Assembly: GCA_019058315.1 (NCBI GenBank)
Contig: JAHPZH010000008.1
Location: 144,869-208,868, forward strand
Reading direction: 5' to 3'
Origin: Candidatus Helarchaeota archaeon
GTDB taxonomy: Archaea; Asgardarchaeota; Lokiarchaeia; Helarchaeales; RDOG01
DNA: 64,000 nt
Shown: piece by piece, positions 56,628 through 64,000 of the stretch
How positions within the stretch are numbered: position 1 is the stretch's first letter
Layout: the number at the start of each line of letters is the position of its first letter
Notes under the pieces: generated by a model
Told to the model about the DNA's origin: nothing
Seen by the model: only the letters and a program-made list of their open reading frames with translations
Databases searched by the model: none
Program-made: the position numbers and the translations under genes

Positions 56628-59373
56628 TCCCTGTCTCTTTTCGTTTAATACTTATTATCGCAATAATAGGAGCTGCAACAAAAGCTGGAATAAGAATATA
56701 TACGAGTTGCTCTAGGCTTACAAGATTTTGCTCGAAAGGTATCGGTATGAATGTTGGTTCAATATTTTCAGCAATGAAATCGACTAAATCAAAAGTTCGT
56801 AGACCAGCAGCATCAAGTATGTCACCAAGAGATGTTCCAGTCTTCAATGTGAGGTACTCTAATAACTCAAGTGTATCTATACCATAGAGTAATGAAGCAA
56901 TTCCTCCACCTTCTCCGCCAGCTGCCTCAGATGCAATAGAAATTGCACCTAGAAATGTATTAATGGGTAAGGGTTGTGTGTTCCAGTAAGTAATGTTAAA
57001 ATCCGCCTCATTGGCACCGTAACTACTTCCTAAAATATTTTTTGTAATAGTTAACATCCTTTGCCAGATACTATCTGGGTGTCGACTATCTTGGGTTAAC
57101 GCTAAGTATAACATATTACTAAGGAAACCGGTGTCATTATATTTTAAAGCCTTCATATAACTAACATCTGCACTATACGGTCCGCCTGTCCCAGCAGTGT
57201 CAGGTAGCCCATAAAGATCAGTATGTGTGTAGTTTACGTAGAAATCATCCATTTCACCCGTAGTAGAGTTTCGCTCCCATGTCTTTACATAATTTAAAGG
57301 TTCACTCATGTTTTCAAACTGAGCTCCCGGGGCAAAATCAACAAATGCATGAGCTGGAGACATTTTCGGAAAATCTGGAACAATATCTTTTAACAATCCA
57401 ATGTCTGTACCGTTATTCCAAGTTATATCTCCGTAAAAGAATTGGGCTTGTTTCAATGGGCTTATTAATTGTCCTAAATTCTCCAAAAGAAATATTGTTT
57501 CATTGTTGCCGCTAAGCTCTATTAAATATCGAACATCATAATGGTAGTTTACCCACCATAAAAGATCCCAAAAACTCATTCCATCAGTTGTAAAATCATC
57601 AGCTAATGGATTGATAGGAGGATTCAAAAGAATATCTTCAGTTGTGTAACCCTTATAAGTTACATTTCTCCATGCATCTTCCCAGTTATATCCATATGTC
57701 TGATTTAGCACATATGTTTGGTGCCATAAATCGAATATTAAAAATGCAGTTGGATTAAATAATTGCCCGTAGGTTCCGTTAAAATAATCTGTGTCATTAT
57801 CTAGGTAAAAACACTCAGGAGCATCCGCAGGGGTATAATTCCCAGTATGAATTTCCGGAAATGGCGTATCATAATCAACATAGAAATACGAAATTTTAAA
57901 TCCCGGGCGAGTATTTGAACCATTTGTTTTGAAAGTAATATTTACTCTATTTGTTGGAAGGTACGGAGTTCTAATAGATACTGGAATCCCCATAAAATAA
58001 ACGATTTCTAAATCATCTAAATTATCTTCGTCATATATTAATGTCACAGGGTTTGAGTTGTTATGGATGTCTAAATATGAAAATGTAAGGTTATCTGCTG
58101 TAAAAGTACTTGCATTTGCATCACCTTCTATATCTGGTAGACTATCAAATTCTAATTTTATATAATTAGTAACTTTATCTCCAGCTACGGAAAAATTGTC
58201 ACCAGCCTGGATGTACCATTCCCGAGTAATATTATTTTGATAGTTAGCACCTGTTGCGTCTATAGCAGGAATAATTTGGACCAACTCATTTTCTCTCATT
58301 AGTAAGTTAGCTGATTGTCCTAAAAGCAAATTCTGATAAAAATACTCTGGATCTTTGGCTTGTTCATCTGTAAAATTCATATACGTGGGAGGCATAGGAA
58401 AAGGTCCTGGGTAGATTGAATAAGTAAGGTTTTCTGTTTTATCTCCTCTACTATAATCAGTTCCATTGAAGTAGCCCGTATCGTCTAAATCCCATGCTAT
58501 TTTTAAAAGGTTGGAAAGTATATCAACACTAGGATTTGCATTCTCCAGACCGAAGATTGCTTGTTGCACACCTAATCGATTATCCCTATTCTCAATTTTA
58601 GAATTATTTCCTATACCAAAACCGTCATACCATTCCTGTCCGGTTTCCAAATAATAGAATAATGCGAAAACATTAATTCCGTAGGCATCTAAGAATCCTA
58701 TTAATCCTTCTGCATCGAGACCAACTGTATTAGTCAGTTCCTCTAAGTCTACACCATTAGTTTCTATATAATTTAGAAATTGAGTAAGTAGATCTTCTTC
58801 TTCATCATCTGCTTGGAGTTCTTCTTCGATCATTTTTATAACTTCACTTGCAGGATTAAGTGCAGAGACGCCACCAAGGGAAAATGTAATCGGTGGTATT
58901 GTAAAAGGAAGTGAACCAACAAGAGCTTCACCTGAAAGTGTTACTGGTAAGTCCGACCCTTTTAATAACGCGTCAAATAATTTCGTAATGCCAGCATCTT
59001 CACCTCTTATAACTCTTAAGTAAAGAATTGCATTATAATCTAGTAACCAGTAAGACAAAGGATCAATAACCCATTCTATTGGGTTCCATGCAACACCTAA
59101 AGGTGTAAATCCGGCAAATGCAGTTAAATCTAACTTTGGAAATATAATAGTGTTACCTGACGGGTCTAGAATCTTCATTTTTATGACAAAAGTCATAGTT
59201 AAGTCGTCTACTGCTGAGATTTCTAAAGCTGAGATGCCAATATGCGCATTCATTACTCCTAATCTAGGTTGTATTAAATTGAAGTACAAAAGTGGTAGAG
59301 TTCCACCTATAGATATTATGAACAATAAAGAAATTATTCCGAATACAGATTTTTTTGCCATTTTGTATCCCAA
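56608..59373 (-). CDS. Large doubly membrane-anchored surface glycoprotein with LEA_2-like N-domain and CUB-like domain (likely ATG 59361)
   Basis: N- and C-terminal TM helices, many N-x-S/T sequons, NYQNNITREWYIQAG...IKLEF...D.L and NRVNITFKTNGSNTRPGFKISY. Confidence 0.78.
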   Translation of the reverse strand: MGYKMAKKSVFGIISLLFIISIGGTLPLLYFNLIQPRLGVMNAHIGISALEISAVDDLTMTFVIKMKILDPSGNTIIFPKLDLTAFAGFTPLGVAWNPIEWVIDPLSYWLLDYNAILYLRVIRGEDAGITKLFDALLKGSDLPVTLSGEALVGSLPFTIPPITFSLGGVSALNPASEVIKMIEEELQADDEEEDLLTQFLNYIETNGVDLEELTNTVGLDAEGLIGFLDAYGINVFALFYYLETGQEWYDGFGIGNNSKIENRDNRLGVQQAIFGLENANPSVDILSNLLKIAWDLDDTGYFNGTDYSRGDKTENLTYSIYPGPFPMPPTYMNFTDEQAKDPEYFYQNLLLGQSANLLMRENELVQIIPAIDATGANYQNNITREWYIQAGDNFSVAGDKVTNYIKLEFDSLPDIEGDANASTFTADNLTFSYLDIHNNSNPVTLIYDEDNLDDLEIVYFMGIPVSIRTPYLPTNRVNITFKTNGSNTRPGFKISYFYVDYDTPFPEIHTGNYTPADAPECFYLDNDTDYFNGTYGQLFNPTAFLIFDLWHQTYVLNQTYGYNWEDAWRNVTYKGYTTEDILLNPPINPLADDFTTDGMSFWDLLWWVNYHYDVRYLIELSGNNETIFLLENLGQLISPLKQAQFFYGDITWNNGTDIGLLKDIVPDFPKMSPAHAFVDFAPGAQFENMSEPLNYVKTWERNSTTGEMDDFYVNYTHTDLYGLPDTAGTGGPYSADVSYMKALKYNDTGFLSNMLYLALTQDSRHPDSIWQRMLTITKNILGSSYGANEADFNITYWNTQPLPINTFLGAISIASEAAGGEGGGIASLLYGIDTLELLEYLTLKTGTSLGDILDAAGLRTFDLVDFIAENIEPTFIPIPFEQNLVSLEQLVYILIPAFVAAPIIAIISIKRKETGSEISKK

Positions 59374-59426
59374 AAAAAATTGGTAAAATAAATATTTTAA
59401 GTTAGTGGTTTGGTTAATTTATTTTG

Positions 59427-62400
59427 TTACTTGTTTTTTGCATAGAGTGCTAATGCAATAATACCTATTACAGCTAATACTGGTCCTGATAGAGTTGCAT
59501 ACCACATAGGATTCATATATTGGAGTGAAAGCAGTGTGTTAATACCACCAGGGACTAAAAGAAATAGAAATATGTTAATTGCACCAAATAACAATAAGAA
59601 TAATCCGTGAATCCATGAAGGTCCTTTCTCGCCTCTTTCTCTCAAGCGTTTTCTAAGTGCTTCTTCTCGTAAAGTAGCTTTTGTCTGAGCTGTGCCAGTA
59701 GTAGCGACAAATCTTTTCCATTTTTTGGTAGTTTCTTGTTCGTGGCGTCGACTTGAAATCAACGAAGCTGCACCAATAACTGCTGCTCCTACCATAGTTC
59801 CGAATAGGATTAGCATATTAATTCCGATTTCTTCTGGAACGACGACTGAAACATATCGTTCTGAAATAATGCTGTTCCCTGCTGCATCTGTCACGTTGAA
59901 ATAGTAAGTTATAACAGTTCCTGCTGGGAATGGTGGAAAGATTGTACGGTATGGACTACCTTTAGTCATCCTAGTTTTAGCCCAAGGTAGACCTGTTGAG
60001 AACCACACCGCGACTTCACTAATAGGTGCTCCAAATCCTTCATCGGCAAGGTCGATTTCTAGAATTAAACTATCTCCAGGTAACAAGATAAATGGATTTC
60101 GACTAAATCTTATTGCACTAATGTCTGGTGCTGTGGTATCATTAACGTAGAACATAAATTGGATTGTTGAATTAATTCGTCCTGGAGTATCCCTTGCTAT
60201 TACCCAGAAGAATACAAATACATCATAGTCCAAAGTACCCGGGATAGCACCTGAAAATGTGGTACTTGATTCCCTTGTCATGGTAATATTGAATACTGTC
60301 CCATTGCCACCTAATATAAAGTATAAGATAAATGCTCTAGCGTTTGGATCACTGTCTATTATCGTGACATTAATCGTGTAGTTTAGTCCTGCTTCTGCAT
60401 CTACAATTGCAACATCTACGAATATTTGAGGAGTATCAAAGTCAACAACAAATGATACTGTTGCAGTTGCATTTTGAGTTGCATTTTGATCTTTAACTGT
60501 AATTGTTATTGTATATAATCCACCAGGGATGTAGGTTTTGTTTGTAAATTCATAATTACCCCAAGGTTGATTATAAGGTCTCATAGATGAATTGGTAAAA
60601 TCGAAAAGATCTTCTCTACTTATTTTTATGGATTGAATATCTGTTCCTGTGCCGTTCACAAATCCACCTATTCTGATAGCATTACCAGTATAGATATAAT
60701 CACCATCATTTGGATAATCTATAGTTATAGTAGGAGGCGTCGAATCTGCTGCAGGTAAGCTTACATCAATATCACGGGTAATATTTCTCCAATTACCTAT
60801 AGTGTCTTGCATGGCTATCTGGTAGGTGTAAGTACCGTTTACTATAGGTATCCATGAATTATTATAATATGTATCGCCACCTATGTTTTGCATCGTGTAG
60901 CTGGACCCGTTAATCTCAAATAATACTAGGTTTACTCCGGATGGATCAGTTACATTAATCCAAATTTCTAAGGCAGTTCCATTCTCGATTGGATCTGCAC
61001 TTTCTATCGGCTCTGAATAACTCGGTCCATTGGTATCTACCACCGTCACAGTTACGTTATCCGATGCCGAGTTGCCCGATGTGTCGTTCACGCCACACAT
61101 ATACTCATATGTGCCGATGCCAAGTGCAGGAAGGGTATACGTTACGTTGGTCCCGACAGACCAGGTACCGTCAGCTAGATAGGTGCCAATAAGAGTGATG
61201 TTATACTCATTAGGAGCTCCATCATTCCATGCCCATTCTAAGGTATATCCAGCAACTGCTCCCACCTCTAACGTAATGTCCGGTGCACCCGCAATTAAAT
61301 TCGGGCTCGTGGTGTCTACCACCGTCACCGTCACGTTATCCGATGCCCAGTGACCTACAGTATCGTTCACGCCACACATATAATTGTATACGCCCAATCC
61401 CAATGCAGGTAGGGTATACGTTACGTTAGTTCCGACTGACCAAGTGCCGTCAGCTAAATAAGTGCCAATAAGGGTGATGTTATACTCATTAGGAGCTGCA
61501 TCATTCCAGGCCCATTCTAAGCTATAGCCCGCAACTGCTCCCACCTCTAACGTGATGTCCGGTGCACCCGCAATTAAATTCGGGCTCGTGGTGTCTACCA
61601 CCGTCACCGTCACGCTATCCGATGCCCAGTGACCCGCAGTATCGTTCACGCCGCACACATAAACATAGGTGCCAACTCCCAATGCAGGTAGGGTATATGT
61701 TATATTGGTACCGACAGACCAGGTGCCGTCAGCTAGATAAGTGCCAATAAGGGTGATGTTATACTCATTTGGATTTGTATCAGTCCAATCCCATTCTAAG
61801 GTGTATCCAGCAACTGCTCCCACCTCTAACGTGATGTCCGGTGCACCTGCAAGTAAAGTCGGAGCTATGTCTACTGGAGTGACCGTCACAGTCACATTAT
61901 CCGATGCCCAGTGACCCGCACTGTCGTTCACACCGCACATATACTCATATGTACCGATGCCCAGTGCAGGTAGGGTATAGGTTATATTGGTACCGACAGA
62001 CCAGGTGCCGTCAGCTAGATAAGTGCCAATAAGAGTGATGTTATACTCATTTGGATTTGTATCAGTCCAAGCCCATTCTAAGGTGTATCCAGCAACTGAT
62101 CCCACCTCTAACGTGATGTCCGGTGCACCCGCTATTAAACTCGGAGGAGTGTCTACAGGATTAACTGTCACCGTCACGTTATCCCACGCCCAGTTGCCTG
62201 AGGTATCGTTCACACCGCACATATACTCATATGTACCGATGCCCAGTGCAGGTAGGGTATAGGTTATATTGGTACCGACAGACCAGGTGCCGTCAGCTAG
62301 ATAAGTGCCAATAAGAGTGATGTTATACTCGTTTGGTAATAAATCATTCCAGGCCCATTCTAAGCTATAACCCGCAACAGAGCCCACAATCAACGTGATA

Positions 62401-64000
62401 TCTGGTGCGCCTGCAACTAAATTCGGGCTCGTGGTGTCTACCACCGTCACTGTCACGCTATCCGATGCCCAGTTGCCTGAGGTATCGTTCACGCCGCATA
62501 CATAAACATAAGTGCCAAGGCCTAGTGCTGGTAGGGTATACGTTACATTAGTACCGACTGACCAGGTGCCATCAGCTAAATAACTGGCTCCAAGGGTGAT
62601 ATTATACTCGTTAGGAGCTAAATCAGTCCAGGCCCATTCCAGGTCGTAACCCGCAACAGCACCCAGCTCTAACGTGATGTCTGGTGCACCCGCCACTAAA
62701 CTCGGTGGTGTACTTTCCAGCACCGTCACCGTCACGTTGTCAAATGCCGTGTTGCCCAAAGTGTCGTTCACGCCGCACATATACACATATACACCAAATG
62801 TCAACGCCGGTAGGGTGTAGGTTATATTGGTACCGACTGACCAGCTGCCGTCTGCCAGATAAGTGCCAACAAGGGTAATATTATACTCATTAGGATCTGA
62901 ATCAGTCCAAGCCCATTCTAAGGCATATCCAGCAACCGATCCTTCCACTAACGTGATGTCAGGTGCCCCTGCCACGATACTTGGAGCTCCAGTAGATATT
63001 ACCGTCACCGTTACATTGTCAGATGCCCAGTTGCCCGATGTGTCGTTCACGCCACACATATACTCGTAGATGCCAGCTGTTAATACAGGTAGGGTATAGG
63101 TTACATTAGTTCCGACAGACCAGGTGCCGTCAGCTAGATAAGTGTTAATAAGAGTGATATTATACTCGTTAGGATCTAAATCGTTCCAGGCCCATTCTAA
63201 GCTATAACCCGCAACAGAGCCCTCATATAAGGTAATGTCTGGTGCGCCTGCTACAAGGGAAGGTGCAGTATGATCTTCTACCGTCACGGTCACGCTATCA
63301 ACTGCCCAGTTGCCCGACGTATCGTTCACGCCGCACACATAAACATAAGTACCAAGGCCTAATGCTGGAAGGGTATACGTTACATTAGTGCCGACTGACC
63401 AGGTGCCGTCAGCTAAATAACTGGCTCCAAGAGTGATATTATACTCGTTAGGATCTAAATCAGTCCAGGCCCATTCTAAGCTATAACCCGCAACAGCGCC
63501 TAGCTCTAACGTTATATCTGGTGCGCCTGCTACAAGGGAAGGTGCAGTATGATCTTCTACCGTCACGGTCACACTATCAACTGCCCAGTTGCCCGACGTA
63601 TCGTTCACGCCGCACACATAAATATAAGTGCCAAGGCCTAATGCAGGAAGGGTATAAGTTATGTTGGTGCCAACTGACCAGGTGCCGTCAGCTAAATAAC
63701 TGGCTCCAAGGGTGATATTATATTCGTTAGGATCCAAATCAGTCCATGCCCATTCCAGGTCGTAACCTGCAACAGCACCAAGTTCTAACGTGATATCTGG
63801 TGCGCCCGCTACAAGGGAAGGTGCAGTATGATCTTCCACCGTCACGGTCACGCTATCAACTGCCCAGTTGCCCGACGTATCGTTCACGCCGCATACATAA
63901 ACATAAGTGCCAAGACCAAGTGCCGGTAGGGTATACGTTACATTAGTGCCAACTGACCAGGTGCCATCAGCTAAATAACTGGCTCCAAGAGTGATATTAT
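59427..64000 (-). CDS. Giant Ig-like tandem-repeat surface protein (5' end beyond window) with C-terminal TM helices
   Basis: At least 10 complete 93-94-aa units (D.T.P...AGAPDITL...LEWAW.D..PNEYNITL..YLADGTWSVGTN.TYTLP...Y.CGVND..GN), then further DxxPP-type Ig-like domains, TM, basic loop and two more TM. Frame open to the window end. Confidence 0.9.
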   Translation of the reverse strand, partial: NITLGASYLADGTWSVGTNVTYTLPALGLGTYVYVCGVNDTSGNWAVDSVTVTVEDHTAPSLVAGAPDITLELGAVAGYDLEWAWTDLDPNEYNITLGASYLADGTWSVGTNITYTLPALGLGTYIYVCGVNDTSGNWAVDSVTVTVEDHTAPSLVAGAPDITLELGAVAGYSLEWAWTDLDPNEYNITLGASYLADGTWSVGTNVTYTLPALGLGTYVYVCGVNDTSGNWAVDSVTVTVEDHTAPSLVAGAPDITLYEGSVAGYSLEWAWNDLDPNEYNITLINTYLADGTWSVGTNVTYTLPVLTAGIYEYMCGVNDTSGNWASDNVTVTVISTGAPSIVAGAPDITLVEGSVAGYALEWAWTDSDPNEYNITLVGTYLADGSWSVGTNITYTLPALTFGVYVYMCGVNDTLGNTAFDNVTVTVLESTPPSLVAGAPDITLELGAVAGYDLEWAWTDLAPNEYNITLGASYLADGTWSVGTNVTYTLPALGLGTYVYVCGVNDTSGNWASDSVTVTVVDTTSPNLVAGAPDITLIVGSVAGYSLEWAWNDLLPNEYNITLIGTYLADGTWSVGTNITYTLPALGIGTYEYMCGVNDTSGNWAWDNVTVTVNPVDTPPSLIAGAPDITLEVGSVAGYTLEWAWTDTNPNEYNITLIGTYLADGTWSVGTNITYTLPALGIGTYEYMCGVNDSAGHWASDNVTVTVTPVDIAPTLLAGAPDITLEVGAVAGYTLEWDWTDTNPNEYNITLIGTYLADGTWSVGTNITYTLPALGVGTYVYVCGVNDTAGHWASDSVTVTVVDTTSPNLIAGAPDITLEVGAVAGYSLEWAWNDAAPNEYNITLIGTYLADGTWSVGTNVTYTLPALGLGVYNYMCGVNDTVGHWASDNVTVTVVDTTSPNLIAGAPDITLEVGAVAGYTLEWAWNDGAPNEYNITLIGTYLADGTWSVGTNVTYTLPALGIGTYEYMCGVNDTSGNSASDNVTVTVVDTNGPSYSEPIESADPIENGTALEIWINVTDPSGVNLVLFEINGSSYTMQNIGGDTYYNNSWIPIVNGTYTYQIAMQDTIGNWRNITRDIDVSLPAADSTPPTITIDYPNDGDYIYTGNAIRIGGFVNGTGTDIQSIKISREDLFDFTNSSMRPYNQPWGNYEFTNKTYIPGGLYTITITVKDQNATQNATATVSFVVDFDTPQIFVDVAIVDAEAGLNYTINVTIIDSDPNARAFILYFILGGNGTVFNITMTRESSTTFSGAIPGTLDYDVFVFFWVIARDTPGRINSTIQFMFYVNDTTAPDISAIRFSRNPFILLPGDSLILEIDLADEGFGAPISEVAVWFSTGLPWAKTRMTKGSPYRTIFPPFPAGTVITYYFNVTDAAGNSIISERYVSVVVPEEIGINMLILFGTMVGAAVIGAASLISSRRHEQETTKKWKRFVATTGTAQTKATLREEALRKRLRERGEKGPSWIHGLFLLLFGAINIFLFLLVPGGINTLLSLQYMNPMWYATLSGPVLAVIGIIALALYAKNK
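61040..64000. repeat. Array of ~279-bp near-identical coding repeats
   Basis: Unit spacing of 279 nt (e.g. gtcacggtca at 63562 and 63841); visibly more GC-rich than the rest of the window. Confidence 0.95.

Noticed and set aside
55759-56887. + strand ORFs including a GVGGVVTTGLATT repeat protein
   Set aside because: Antisense readout of the Pro/Thr repeat and membrane genes.
61040-64000. CRISPR array or diversity-generating retroelement
   Set aside because: The repeats are in-frame 279-bp coding units without spacers. There is no cas or reverse transcriptase gene and no evident adenine-specific variation.
1-64000. tRNA/rRNA genes, IS elements, stop-codon recoding
   Set aside because: Intergenic gaps are short and very AT-rich with no cloverleaf or GC-rich RNA. 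No transposase motifs, and no ORF pairs suggesting readthrough.

Overview
AT-rich, gene-dense archaeal chromosomal segment, most likely from an Asgard archaeon (Lokiarchaeia/Helarchaeales-like; inferred from gene content). The archaeal evidence is mch, an FwdG-like ferredoxin, tungsten AOR, an ADP-forming acyl-CoA ligase beta subunit, the MA1821/MA1822-type homocysteine pair and DUF99. The Asgard evidence is several proteins with eukaryote-like motifs (PCI-like + RING, classical C2H2 finger, UEV-like, SNAP/TPR-like, CUB-like) plus frequent TTG starts. About 58 CDS; no tRNA, rRNA, CRISPR, transposase or reverse transcriptase recognised. The most interesting element is a divergent four-gene locus at 50.9-55.3 kb. 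It holds a head-to-head pair of ParM/StbA-like actin-fold paralogues, one with intact ATPase motifs and one with a destroyed phosphate-2 loop. They are flanked by a hairpin-UEV-TPR protein and a SNAP/TPR-like protein with a 15-residue-periodic coiled coil. A proline-rich protein with WH2/EVH2-like motifs lies about 5 kb away. Together these form a candidate undescribed cytoskeletal or membrane-remodelling system. The window also has many adjacent paralogue pairs, probable pseudoenzymes (aspartokinase-like, PaaK-like), two probable non-canonical start codons, and large repeat-rich surface proteins. All family calls come from motif recognition by eye, not database searches.
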